Source: Candidatus Poribacteria bacterium
GTDB taxonomy: Bacteria; Poribacteria; WGA-4E; WGA-3G
Length of the DNA stretch: 64,000 nt
Direction of reading: 5' to 3'
NCBI GenBank assembly: GCA_965205025.1
Contig: CBDBFU010000014.1
Location: forward strand, 32,001-96,000
Shown in pieces: positions 28,868-39,048 of this stretch; position 1 is the stretch's first letter; the number at the start of each line of letters is the position of its first letter. The notes under the pieces were generated by a model, which was not told the origin of the DNA, made no database searches, and saw only the letters and a list, made by a program, of their open reading frames with translations. The translations under genes were made by a program, and so were the position numbers.

Positions 28868-29917
28868 TTATGAGGACGCATGTGGATGTATCATTATCTT
28901 CATACCTTTACGTGATTCCATCGTTTCAAAAGCTTTATCAATTTCAATTAGTGGAAAATGATGCGTAATTAATGGTTCAACGCGAACCAAACCTTTTTCA
29001 AGGAGACGAACTGCCAATTCGTGATGACGGGGTACACAACCATGAGAACCTGTGACAAAACATTCCTTATAGTGGATTATATTTGAAAGGATACTCATGG
29101 GTCGCATTGTTTTTGGGAGACCACCAAAAAGGTTTACATATCCACGGTGAGCAACCATTTCTACTGCTTGTTCATGTGCTTCAACTGAACCACAAGTGGT
29201 AACAACAATATCAGGACCTTGACCATCGGTTTCTTCTCGACATCGTTCGACTACATCCTCTTCCTCAGATGCAATATAGACATCTGCCTCATAGTATTTT
29301 GCAATTTCCATCCGAAGCTTACTTCTTTGAATGCCAATAACCTTCGTTGCCCCCATCACACGAACGAGATCTATCATCATACATCCAATAGGTCCCAATC
29401 CAATTATTACTACTGTTTTGCCGAGAGACATATTAACTAATTCAAGACCATTGATAGCACATGCAAGGGGTTCGGCAAGGGCAGCATCATCGAAACTAAG
29501 GGTAGTGTCAAATGGAGTGACGGGACCTTCCTCTAAGACCAGTCGAGGGAGTTTCATATATTGTGCAAAAGCGCCTGGAATTTGGTAGCCAATAGCATAA
29601 TTGATATCGCAATTGTTTCCAAGACCATTTCTACACCAATGACATTGACCACATGGTACATCAGCACCAATAGAAACCCGGTCACCTTCCTTAACACGGG
29701 TCACGTTCTTACCCGTTTTCACGATCACACCAGAGTTTTCGTGTCCAATTATAGTAGGGGGTTTAACACGTGGATTTCCATGATGTAAAATCCGTACATC
29801 AGAACCACAAATACTTACAGATTCAACCCGCATCAGAGCAGAGTCATCATCGATTTCTGGATCTGGGACATCCTGAACTGAAATATTGTCAAGGCTTTCA
29901 AGTATTGCTGCTTTCAT
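28868..29917 (-). CDS. Zn-dependent (MDR) polyol/iditol dehydrogenase-like
   Basis: ICGSD, GHE, CGQCHWC...C structural Zn site, GLGPIG. Confidence 0.9.
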   Translation of the reverse strand: MKAAILESLDNISVQDVPDPEIDDDSALMRVESVSICGSDVRILHHGNPRVKPPTIIGHENSGVIVKTGKNVTRVKEGDRVSIGADVPCGQCHWCRNGLGNNCDINYAIGYQIPGAFAQYMKLPRLVLEEGPVTPFDTTLSFDDAALAEPLACAINGLELVNMSLGKTVVIIGLGPIGCMMIDLVRVMGATKVIGIQRSKLRMEIAKYYEADVYIASEEEDVVERCREETDGQGPDIVVTTCGSVEAHEQAVEMVAHRGYVNLFGGLPKTMRPMSILSNIIHYKECFVTGSHGCVPRHHELAVRLLEKGLVRVEPLITHHFPLIEIDKAFETMESRKGMKIMIHPHASS

Positions 29918-29944
29918 AGTGTACTAATTACCTATGTTATATGT

Positions 29945-31009
29945 TTATGATGGGTGGATAAGTACTTTCGCGTAGAATTCATCCTTATCATTCATCATCT
30001 GTAATGTCTGCGTTCCATTAATCAATGGGACCTTATGGGTTATCAATGGTGTCAGATTCAATTTTCCAGTTGCCATCGCTTGTAATACTGTTCGCCAATC
30101 ATCATCGTTGCCAGCTATACTGTAATCTGAATTCCATGTTCCAAATATACTTGCCTCACGCCGCATGACTTGTGAAATAAGTGATGCGGGTAGTGTGACA
30201 TCTGTATCGGGATTGCCAAGAAATACTACACTCCCACCCCTTCTTACGCTACCTAATGCATAGAGATAGGTTTGTGGTACTCCTGCAGCTTCAACACAAG
30301 TATGAACCCCTTTTCCATCAGTCTCGGCGTTAACAACATCTACAACGTCTTCTATGGATGTATTGTAGACATTATCAAAACCGAATCTCTCAGCTAATTC
30401 CAGTTTTTCATTAAGAATGTCAAACAAGAGAATCTGCTCAGCACCTAATATCCTTGCCCACTGTGCTACCATGAGTCCTATTGGACCTACACCGAATATT
30501 GCAACTGTTTTGCCAACTGGAGACTCTTTGACTCGACGGAGAGCGTGGAGTGCAACAGCAGCAGGTTCGGTTAATGCTGCTACTTCTAATGAGACACCGT
30601 TTGGCATCCGGATAATGTTCTCTTTTGGTGCAACAACATACTCTGCGAATGCACCGTCGCTTCTTGAACCGAGGTAGTCATAGTCAGTACACTGCACATA
30701 TTTTCCACTCTCACAGGCATCGCACTTACCGCACCATAGGAGCGGAAATACAACGACGGGGTCACCTTTTGCAAAACCATATACACCAGGACCACATTCG
30801 TCGATTGTGCCAGCAAATTCATGTCCGCAAACTGTAGGAAAACTATAAGTTCCTTTAGAGAAAATCCGTGGAATATCGGAACCACATACACCACAAAACC
30901 CAATTCGAACACGTACTTGTCCTTCTGTGACGGTAGGAATAGGAATTTGTGAAAGTCGTAAATCACCAATACCGTGTAGCACCAACGCTTCCATCAAACC
31001 GCTCCGCAT
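29945..31009 (-). CDS. Zn-dependent galactitol-1-phosphate 5-dehydrogenase-like
   Basis: VCGSDIPR, GHEF, CGKCDAC...C, LGSRSDGAFAEY, GVGPIG, GTWNS. Confidence 0.85.
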   Translation of the reverse strand: MRSGLMEALVLHGIGDLRLSQIPIPTVTEGQVRVRIGFCGVCGSDIPRIFSKGTYSFPTVCGHEFAGTIDECGPGVYGFAKGDPVVVFPLLWCGKCDACESGKYVQCTDYDYLGSRSDGAFAEYVVAPKENIIRMPNGVSLEVAALTEPAAVALHALRRVKESPVGKTVAIFGVGPIGLMVAQWARILGAEQILLFDILNEKLELAERFGFDNVYNTSIEDVVDVVNAETDGKGVHTCVEAAGVPQTYLYALGSVRRGGSVVFLGNPDTDVTLPASLISQVMRREASIFGTWNSDYSIAGNDDDWRTVLQAMATGKLNLTPLITHKVPLINGTQTLQMMNDKDEFYAKVLIHPS

Positions 31010-31791
31010 CAGTCTGCTCTTTGTTCTAATCCAAGTAAGATCGCTTGATGTATCTGTTGGATATTTTCTGCACGTGTTCCTGATTTATGGAACACACTAC
31101 TCGTTCCACCGACTAAAATATCAGCCCCTGCTGCTACCATTTTAGGTATGTTTTCAAAACTGACATTACCATCGACTTCTACTGGTATATCAATATTATG
31201 TTGATTCAAATAATTCTTGCAATCGGATATCTTACGTAACGTGGCTGGTACCAATTTTTGTCCTGCGTATCCAGGATTTACAGTCATAATGAGTACAAAG
31301 TCAAGACGATCAAGCACATAATCTAACGCGAAAAGCGGGGTCGCTGGGTTCAAAGCGACCCCCGCCTTAATTCCATGTTCTTGAATTACAGCTAAAGTTC
31401 TGTCCAGATGGGTGGCAGATTCAGCATGAATAGCAATTTGTTGTACACCAATGTCTGCTGATTCAGCAACGAAAAAATCGTTATCTTCTACCATGAGGTG
31501 AATATCAAAGGCAAGATCTGTTTTCTGTCTTATTTGTTGTATGAGTGCCAACCCAATTGGCATATTTGGAACGAAGTGTGCATCCATGAGATCAAAATGG
31601 AGCAGACCAATTCCAGATATTTCCAATTCCCGAATATCTGATTCTAAATTACAAAGATCCGCACACATCACCGAAGGTGCGATGCAGATTGTATTCACTG
31701 GAGAACTATCTCGCGGTTTACCAGTGGGTGAGTTATCGCCTGCAGCTGTATCAGAACTGACATCATGGCGTTGACTCGCAGGAGTCGACAA
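31009..31791 (-). CDS. rpe: Ribulose-phosphate 3-epimerase family (Rpe/AlsE-like)
   Basis: IAPSVMCAD, HFDLMDAHFVPN, DIHLMV, MTVNPGYAGQ, EVDGNV. Confidence 0.85.
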   Translation of the reverse strand: MSTPASQRHDVSSDTAAGDNSPTGKPRDSSPVNTICIAPSVMCADLCNLESDIRELEISGIGLLHFDLMDAHFVPNMPIGLALIQQIRQKTDLAFDIHLMVEDNDFFVAESADIGVQQIAIHAESATHLDRTLAVIQEHGIKAGVALNPATPLFALDYVLDRLDFVLIMTVNPGYAGQKLVPATLRKISDCKNYLNQHNIDIPVEVDGNVSFENIPKMVAAGADILVGGTSSVFHKSGTRAENIQQIHQAILLGLEQRAD

Positions 31792-31832
31792 GACATTTCT
31801 CCATATAAATTCGGGGATTCTGGTTGCCGATT

Positions 31833-31861
31833 ATTATAACATAAACTGAACTAATTGTCAA
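31833..31861 (-). promoter_or_regulatory. Consensus sigma70 promoter of the epimerase/dehydrogenase operon
   Basis: TTGACA-17-TATAAT with extended -10 TG. Confidence 0.8.
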
Positions 31862-31882
31862 ATTCGCAGAACTCTAACATAT

Positions 31883-32117
31883 AAGAATACACCTTGTGCT
31901 GGCACCCATTCACAATGTTTTGAAAATATTAGATATAACAGCAGTAGAAAAGGTATTGACGCAATGGGTAAATAACATTGTTGAGAGTCGTCCTGATCTG
32001 AAAGGATGTCTTGACGCAGTATTATCCGTATTCCGGTTCACAGAAGCTACTCGTATCGCTGATATGATGAAATATTATGCTTCAAATCCAAAACTCGTAG
32101 TTAACATCATAAAATGA
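31883..32117 (+). pseudogene. ISAs1-family transposase remnant (internally deleted)
   Basis: KNTPCAGT[+1]IHNVLKILD...LTQWV...LDAV (region just before the AIDGK motif) joined directly to a C-terminal-like LSVFRF...IADMMKYYASNP segment. Confidence 0.6.
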
Positions 32118-32231
32118 GAATTCTTAAAACTAAATAACCTTGAGAAAATTAGACATTATATACAAAGCATGATACTATATCCCAAGATTTTATCTTCAAT
32201 TGTTTCAGTGTAAAACAGGAGTTCAAATAAA

Positions 32232-33047
32232 ATGGAATTTATACAGTTAACTGATGTACAACGTGAGGAATTTGAAGAGAATGGATACTTTATTGTCCGA
32301 TCAGTACTTGATGAAAAAATGATTGAACGGTTGACTGAAGCAGGTGACCGGATTGTCAAATCACGTGATAGTGATGCATATTATGTACATATTCGGGATG
32401 GGTTAGTTCAAGAACCGGCATTTGCAGAATTGACATCTCAAACTAAAGCAATACCTTTGGTAATTCAATTGCTTGGAACAAATATCCATATTACAAATAC
32501 GGCTCTACTACACAAACACCCACAACCACAAGAACTACCACAAGATCGAGGATGGCATCGCGATGTTGGTTTGCATTTAGACCTTGGACATAAAGACTGT
32601 CCGCGAGTAGGACTTAAAGTAGCATACTGCTTAACGGATCTAAATACTCCCAATTCTGGGGCAACCCTATTTATCCGTAAAAGTAATAAATTACGGGAAC
32701 CTTTAGGTATTCCTGAAGGAGAATTAGATCCAGTTGAATCCTACGACGAGCCAATTCTCCGTGCTGGTGATGCATACTTTTTTGAAAACCGTATTTATCA
32801 TTCTGCCGGTCAGAATTACACTGATAAGACTGCTAAGATTGTCATTTACGGATATCATTACGCTTGGATAAAACCTGAAGGATACCTACTACATTATAAT
32901 GACAGACAACAACCAGACGAAGATGTAGTTAGTTACGTAGACGACCTTGGCAAACAATTCCTCGGTGGAGGTGGAGGGGCAGCTGCACAATGGGCAGCAG
33001 ATAACAATCTGAAATTAGAACAAGCACCTCAAGTTGTTACAGTCTAA
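32232..33047 (+). CDS. PhyH-family Fe(II)/2OG dioxygenase
   Basis: LTDVQREEFEENGY, WHRD, AGDAYFFENRIYHSA. Confidence 0.85.
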   Translation: MEFIQLTDVQREEFEENGYFIVRSVLDEKMIERLTEAGDRIVKSRDSDAYYVHIRDGLVQEPAFAELTSQTKAIPLVIQLLGTNIHITNTALLHKHPQPQELPQDRGWHRDVGLHLDLGHKDCPRVGLKVAYCLTDLNTPNSGATLFIRKSNKLREPLGIPEGELDPVESYDEPILRAGDAYFFENRIYHSAGQNYTDKTAKIVIYGYHYAWIKPEGYLLHYNDRQQPDEDVVSYVDDLGKQFLGGGGGAAAQWAADNNLKLEQAPQVVTV

Positions 33048-33129
33048 TTCTGTTTCTCATTCAGTTGTTAATGAAAATAAAATACTGGAATGTTCATATT
33101 AAAATAATTCGATAGTATAGGGAACTCTT

Positions 33130-34158
33130 ATGAAGAAAATTAAAGTAGGTATTGTTGGTTGTGGTGGTATCGCAGGAGGTAAACATCTCCCCGGACATAA
33201 CAGCGTTAAGAATGTCCAAATTATCGCTGCATGTGATATAGATAAAAAACGAGCAAAGGACTTTGCCAAAAAACACGAAATTCCAAATGTGTTTGATGAT
33301 TACAATAAGTTAGTTGAGATGGATGAAATTGATGCTGTAAGTGTCTGCACACCAAACAACTTTCACGCCGGACCAACTATCGCTGCATTAAACGCTGGTA
33401 AACATGTAATCTGTGAAAAACCTATTGCCGCTAACGCTATAGATGGACAAGCGATGGTCGATGCACAGAAAGCAAGTGGGAAAATCTTACAGATTGGGTT
33501 ACAGTCTCGGTTTGGCGCAGGAGCAAGGACGCTCCGTAAACTCTATGATGAAGGATTTTTCGGTGATGTATATTATGCACGTGCAATGGCAATGCGTAGA
33601 CGTGGTGTTCCTGCTTCACCCTCATTTATCAGTAAAGAGATTGCAGGTGGTGGACCACTCATTGATATAGGAGTTCATATCCTTGATGTCTTACTCTGGA
33701 TGATTGGATGTCCAAAACCGGTGGAAGCTTTTGGAATGACTGCGAAAAAATTCGGAAATAAAAAAGATGTCATTAATCCATGGGGAAAATGGGACCCTGA
33801 GGATTTTGAGGTAGAAGACTTCGCAATGGGAACTATTAAGTTTGAAGGTGAGTTGACTGTAACCCTTGAAACCGCTTGGGCATCCCATATCCAAAATATC
33901 GGTGGAACGTTCTTCATGGGAGATTTAGCAGGGGCAACATACGAACCACTTCAAATATATCTTGATAAAAAAGATGAAATGGTAAATTACGAACCAGAAC
34001 TTCTCACTGGATTACCCAGTGAATTTGAATCCTTCCACAAAGCTATACGAGAAGATCTTACATCACCTGTACCTGCTGAAGAAGTATTGAATGTAGCAAA
34101 GATATTTGATGCATTATATGAATCCGCAAGAATTGGACGATCTGTTCCTATTCTATAA
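33130..34158 (+). CDS. Gfo/Idh/MocA family oxidoreductase
   Basis: VGIVGCGGIA, HVICEKP, GGGPLIDIGVH. Confidence 0.92.
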   Translation: MKKIKVGIVGCGGIAGGKHLPGHNSVKNVQIIAACDIDKKRAKDFAKKHEIPNVFDDYNKLVEMDEIDAVSVCTPNNFHAGPTIAALNAGKHVICEKPIAANAIDGQAMVDAQKASGKILQIGLQSRFGAGARTLRKLYDEGFFGDVYYARAMAMRRRGVPASPSFISKEIAGGGPLIDIGVHILDVLLWMIGCPKPVEAFGMTAKKFGNKKDVINPWGKWDPEDFEVEDFAMGTIKFEGELTVTLETAWASHIQNIGGTFFMGDLAGATYEPLQIYLDKKDEMVNYEPELLTGLPSEFESFHKAIREDLTSPVPAEEVLNVAKIFDALYESARIGRSVPIL

Positions 34159-34167
34159 CTAAAACTA

Positions 34168-34192
34168 TTGGGATAGATTCAATCTGTCCCAA
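34168..34192. terminator. Hairpin between convergent genes, probable bidirectional terminator
   Basis: TTGGGATAGAT-TCA-ATCTGTCCCAA. Confidence 0.6.
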
Positions 34193-34193
34193 A

Positions 34194-34589
34194 TCACTCC
34201 TTTACATAACCCGCACGCACAATTGTTTTCATACCACCACGGATATTAAAATCACCTGTCACCTCTACCTCTCGTGGTTGACAAGCGGTAACAAAATCCT
34301 CAAGAACCTTATTCACTACATGCTCATGGAAAATCCCCACATCCCGATAAAACACGAAATATTCTTTCAATGATTTCAGCTCAACACAATCTCTATCTGG
34401 AATATATGTTATACATATCGTAGCGTAGTCTGGTAAACCAGTTTTAGGACAAATTGCTGAGAATTCAAGATTCGTTATTTCAATAGTATAATCTTTATCG
34501 CTATATTGATTTACCCATGTTTCGATAGTTGGCGTTTTAAGTTCACGGATATGGTTTTGTAATTCATCGTATGCTGAGGTATGATTCAT
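34194..34589 (-). CDS. queF: NADPH-dependent preQ0 reductase (preQ1 synthase), short type
   Basis: EFSAICPKTGLPDYA, ELKSLKEY (QueF motif), HEH, RGG. Confidence 0.93.
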   Translation of the reverse strand: MNHTSAYDELQNHIRELKTPTIETWVNQYSDKDYTIEITNLEFSAICPKTGLPDYATICITYIPDRDCVELKSLKEYFVFYRDVGIFHEHVVNKVLEDFVTACQPREVEVTGDFNIRGGMKTIVRAGYVKE

Positions 34590-34668
34590 TTATAACCTTT
34601 TTTGATTTTGTTGTTATGATTGGAAATATGAAACATTTATATTCACGATGGATATTCAACTACCCCAA

Positions 34669-34718
34669 ATTATACTGTAAATTTCATAGAATGATTATAC
34701 TGTAAATTTCATAGAATG
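34669..34718. repeat. Perfect 25-bp tandem duplication overlapping the queF promoter
   Basis: ATTATACTGTAAATTTCATAGAATG x2. Confidence 0.95.
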
Positions 34719-34722
34719 ACAA
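34694..34722 (-). promoter_or_regulatory. Sigma70 promoter for queF
   Basis: TTGTCA-17-TATAAT on the minus strand. Confidence 0.7.
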
Positions 34723-34874
34723 TAGAGCGATATAGTTGATCTTATCGTTAAAAATGCAATTTACAATATAGTTTCCCACTTACATGTTGACAATCAGCAA
34801 TGTATTTGTTAATGTATAAAAAATAATTGAAAAGAGTCTAACTGACTGAATCAAGCACATATAGAGGTTGCACT

Positions 34875-35693
34875 ATGAAACTCACAGAACACCAAGTTAA
34901 TTTCTTCAACACATTCGGTTATCTTTCTATACCCGAGATGTTTTCACCAAGTGAGGTGGAGTGGATTACTGATGAATTTGAAGTCACAATCCAAGAATAT
35001 GGGGGTGGAAAAAACCACGATGGTACAAGTCGAACAATGTTTGGAGGTCCAATTGAACATCGTCCTCGACTCTGTACTATTCTTGATGATGATCGTATTA
35101 AAGGATTGATTGGGGGTGTCATTGGAGAAGATTTCAACTATGCTGGAGGAGACGGGAACTATTATACAGGTGATACAGGTTGGCACCCTGATGGTAATTG
35201 GGGAAGACTTTTTGCTACTAAGGTTGCCTTTTATCTTGATCCATTAACAAAAGATACGGGTTGTCTACGGATTATACCAGGCAGTCAAAACCCGACACAC
35301 TTTGTTCGGGCACAAAAGATTGATCCAAATCAATCTGAAGCACTATTTGGTATTCCTCCACGCGAGTTTCCAACAAGTATAGCATTGGAAAGCAATCCTG
35401 GGGATGTCGTGATTTTCAATCATGATACATACCACGCATCATTTGGAGGTGGAAAACGTCGACGAATGTTTACGATGAACTGTACCCAACACTGTACAAC
35501 AGAACCCGATTTAGAAACACTGAATCAATACCTAAGTGTACATTCAGCAGGAGGCTACAATATTGATACTGGTGCAGGCATGTTCTTTCCAACTATGGTA
35601 GATACAGCAGATGATTCTCGGAATATACACCTTAGGCAGTGTAGCGAGATTCATGACGTATTGTTTCCTCAATATGCCAGACGAACCAAGTAA
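34875..35693 (+). CDS. PhyH-family Fe(II)/2OG dioxygenase
   Basis: LTEHQVNFFNTFGY, WHPD, GCLRIIPGS, PGDVVIFNHDTYHAS. Confidence 0.87.
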   Translation: MKLTEHQVNFFNTFGYLSIPEMFSPSEVEWITDEFEVTIQEYGGGKNHDGTSRTMFGGPIEHRPRLCTILDDDRIKGLIGGVIGEDFNYAGGDGNYYTGDTGWHPDGNWGRLFATKVAFYLDPLTKDTGCLRIIPGSQNPTHFVRAQKIDPNQSEALFGIPPREFPTSIALESNPGDVVIFNHDTYHASFGGGKRRRMFTMNCTQHCTTEPDLETLNQYLSVHSAGGYNIDTGAGMFFPTMVDTADDSRNIHLRQCSEIHDVLFPQYARRTK

Positions 35694-35843
35694 TCCTATC
35701 TCGACAAAACGATTCTCAATTATATTCTCCACATTGGATTATCCTATATGAAACCCACACTTTTACAATGTTTCTCTTGTCAATTCTTTCATTATGTGTT
35801 ATTGTAAGGAGAATAACTCCACACAGTCAGGTAATCCCTTCGA

Positions 35844-38225
35844 ATGCCAAAAAAGTTTATAGGTTTTATATTTTTCTGCCTTTTTCTTCCCATACTTGTA
35901 GAAGCATCCCCACCAAAGGTAAATACCTATCTACCTTCGAATTCCGTTGCCATGACAGACGATTCCTTAGCCACATATTTTAATCCTGCAGGATTAGGAA
36001 ATAATCGCGCCTTGAATCTATACTATTTACGTACATACCAAAGCGATATATCTGGAGATGATGCACTCTTTATATCAACACCGGGTGGTGGATTCGGTAT
36101 GGAATTTGTAACTACACCAAATGAGATTGATTTTACTCGATATAGTGCATCAGGTGGTTATCATTTTGGCAGTGGATTCTATTTTGGAACAAATTATAGT
36201 TGGATAAATTCGGACGATAGAAACTATGACAGATTTAAGTCATTATCTGTGGGTTTGATGTATCGTCGTCGTTATTTTTCCATTGGTGCAATCGGCCGTG
36301 ATCTTAATAGACCAAAACTATATAATTACAAATTTGGAAGAAATTACGATTTTGGTGTGGCATTTCGACCAGGGACATGGCGAACCACTTTCTCAGTTGA
36401 TATGCAGAAAACACAAGGTATAAGTGGATTAAACCTTACTTATGGCGTAGAAATTCGTCCAATTCGTGAATTCATGCTACGCGGTACCTACAACAGTAAT
36501 AATACTTACGATATACGATTCGGTATCAATTTAGGAAATATTGGAATTGGAACAGCGAATAATTTTGATGAGAAAAGAAATACAAATGACGGGGTTGCAT
36601 ATTTTCACTATTCCGCTGCATCACTTACAAAACCAATCCATCGTAAACGGAAATTTATTGATATAGAAATGAATAAACTTGAGCCAATACTTCGAATTGC
36701 TAAATGGGATGAAGATGTCGCAGGTGTTCTGATACGTATCAACGGATCCAATTTTGGTATGGGAAAACTTCAAGAAATTCGTGATGCTATCGTTGAGTTT
36801 AAGGATTCCGGAAGATACGCTATTTGTTACATCACTCATTGTACCACGGGGGATTATATAATCGCATCCGTATGTGATGCAATCTTAATACATCCAAGTG
36901 CCGAAATTCGTCTTATCGGTTTACGATTAGAAAGCACTTTTTATAAAGGGACATTAGACAAACTTGGAATACAAGCAAATCTTGAACATGTAGGAGAATA
37001 TAAAGCTGCCACAGAATCTTTTACACGGGATAAAATGTCAAAAACAAACCGAGAAAATAAGTACTCCATACTTGATGATTTATACGACCAATTATCCTCA
37101 GATATCGCGACAGCAAAAGGATGGAAACCAGACCATGTCAAAAGTCTTATTGATAAGGGACCATTCACTGCAAAACAAGCATATAAGCACAAAATTGTTG
37201 ATGATCTGATTTATGAGGACAAATTGCTCAATGTAGCTAAGGAACTTTCAGGGAGAGAAGTTATAATAGTACCCATGAATGAATATATCAAGCAGGGAGT
37301 TTCAACTCAGGATTGGGAAATCCCAAAACCTAAAATCGCTATTATTGAAGCTGAAGGTATGATGCTAACAGGAGAAAGTTTTACCGATCCATTTACCACA
37401 ACGATGGTAATGGGGGCAGATACAATCGCACGTGCAATTCAACACACAAGAAAGGACGACTCTGTCCGCGCTGTTGTATTACGAATTAACAGCGGGGGAG
37501 GCTTAGTTATGGCAGCAGATATAATATGGCATGAACTAATACGACTAATAGAAGAAAAACCGCTTATCGTATCTATGGCTGATGTTGCAGCATCTGGAGG
37601 ATACTATATTGCAGCACCCGCAGATACAATCATTGCTGAACCTGGAACTATAACAGGGTCTATTGGGGTAATCGGGGGAAAGTACAGTCTCAAAGGTTTA
37701 TATAACAAACTTGGTATAACTAAAGAGATCATCACACGGGGAGCACATGCAGATTTTTACAGCGACTATACCGATTATCCCCCTGAGGAACAAGAAATTG
37801 TATTGAACCAGATTAACGAAATCTACGATGATTTTATCACCAAAGTTGCAAATGGTAGGAAACAGTTAACAAAAAAAGATGTTGATAGGGTTGGACGAGG
37901 ACGTGTGTGGACAGGAAGACAAGCAAAAGAAATTGGACTTGTTGATCAACTCGGAGGTCTGGATTTAGCACTTTCAGTCGCACAACAACGTGCAGGATTA
38001 GAACATAAACAGGTAGAGATAATTCGCCTACCTAAGCTTAATTTGATTTCCCAACTATTGGGTAACATCCGTCTCATATTTCATAGAATTTCGATTTTTA
38101 AAGAGCAATTTAGAACGTCAGATTATCAAGTTAATGATAGAAACAACACCCTAAGTATACTAAACATAATAATTAAGAACCGGACTTTTCTGTTGATGCC
38201 GTATGATTTCATACTTACGAATTAA
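35844..38225 (+). CDS. sppA: Signal peptide peptidase SppA (two S49 domains) fused to an N-terminal PorV/FadL-like beta-barrel region
   Basis: ATYFNPAGLG and about 230 aa of alternating aromatic strands; GEYKAA (Lys), LRINSGGG, VAASGGYYIA (Ser), TITGSIGV, GRGRVWTG. Confidence 0.85.
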   Translation: MPKKFIGFIFFCLFLPILVEASPPKVNTYLPSNSVAMTDDSLATYFNPAGLGNNRALNLYYLRTYQSDISGDDALFISTPGGGFGMEFVTTPNEIDFTRYSASGGYHFGSGFYFGTNYSWINSDDRNYDRFKSLSVGLMYRRRYFSIGAIGRDLNRPKLYNYKFGRNYDFGVAFRPGTWRTTFSVDMQKTQGISGLNLTYGVEIRPIREFMLRGTYNSNNTYDIRFGINLGNIGIGTANNFDEKRNTNDGVAYFHYSAASLTKPIHRKRKFIDIEMNKLEPILRIAKWDEDVAGVLIRINGSNFGMGKLQEIRDAIVEFKDSGRYAICYITHCTTGDYIIASVCDAILIHPSAEIRLIGLRLESTFYKGTLDKLGIQANLEHVGEYKAATESFTRDKMSKTNRENKYSILDDLYDQLSSDIATAKGWKPDHVKSLIDKGPFTAKQAYKHKIVDDLIYEDKLLNVAKELSGREVIIVPMNEYIKQGVSTQDWEIPKPKIAIIEAEGMMLTGESFTDPFTTTMVMGADTIARAIQHTRKDDSVRAVVLRINSGGGLVMAADIIWHELIRLIEEKPLIVSMADVAASGGYYIAAPADTIIAEPGTITGSIGVIGGKYSLKGLYNKLGITKEIITRGAHADFYSDYTDYPPEEQEIVLNQINEIYDDFITKVANGRKQLTKKDVDRVGRGRVWTGRQAKEIGLVDQLGGLDLALSVAQQRAGLEHKQVEIIRLPKLNLISQLLGNIRLIFHRISIFKEQFRTSDYQVNDRNNTLSILNIIIKNRTFLLMPYDFILTN

Positions 38226-38258
38226 AATTTGGTTATGAAATATATTAAGGACTGTTTT

Positions 38259-38897
38259 ATGTCAATTGCCGATAAACATACTATCGTTAGACAAGAAATG
38301 GTGCAAAAACAAATTAAGAACAGAAGCATACGCAATTCTGAAATACTCACAGCTATGCGGAAAATACCAAGACATCTATTTGTTGATCCAGATTTACGGA
38401 AAAGTGCATATAAGGATAAACCTCTTCCGATTGAGGAAGGTCAGACTATTTCTCAACCCTACATTGTTGCATTAATGACTGATTTATTGGAATTAGATAA
38501 TGAAGCCAAAGTCCTTGAGATCGGTACAGGATGTGGATATCAGACTGCTGTATTAGCTGAAATTGCTAAAGAAGTCTATTCTATTGAAATCTTGGAAAGA
38601 CTTGCAGATAAAGCAAAAACCCTATTACAATCATTAAACTACAACAACATACATTTAAAAAAGGGAAATGGATATTACGGGTGGGTAGAACATTCACCGT
38701 ATGATGCTGTAATTGTAACTGCTGCCCCAAAAACTATACCACATAGACTTACGCAACAACTCGTAGATGGAGGACGAATGGTGATTCCAGTTGGTTCAGA
38801 TAATCAAGAATTACTCCTAATTAAGAATCTTTCTGGTAAAATTCAATCATCAAGGATTACCAGTGTCAGTTTTGTACCTATGACTGGTTCACCTTAA
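38259..38897 (+). CDS. pcm: Protein-L-isoaspartate O-methyltransferase
   Basis: IPRHLFV, GQTISQPY, VLEIGTGCGYQTA, PYDAVIVTAA, FVPM. Confidence 0.95.
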   Translation: MSIADKHTIVRQEMVQKQIKNRSIRNSEILTAMRKIPRHLFVDPDLRKSAYKDKPLPIEEGQTISQPYIVALMTDLLELDNEAKVLEIGTGCGYQTAVLAEIAKEVYSIEILERLADKAKTLLQSLNYNNIHLKKGNGYYGWVEHSPYDAVIVTAAPKTIPHRLTQQLVDGGRMVIPVGSDNQELLLIKNLSGKIQSSRITSVSFVPMTGSP

Positions 38898-39048
38898 ATC
38901 AGTCAATTAGTATTGGTAATGAATAGGTCAGAAAGTGTCATTACCTCATTCAAGATAACATTTTCTCTATTGGAATTCGAACCAATTCGGTATTTCCTAC
39001 AAATCGACATTTTGCTTGTTTTGGATAATATAAATGGAGAATTAAATC

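Noticed and set aside
34590-34668. Possible preQ1 riboswitch upstream of queF
   Set aside because: An A-rich tract is present, but I could not find the P1 stem or conserved loop of preQ1-I
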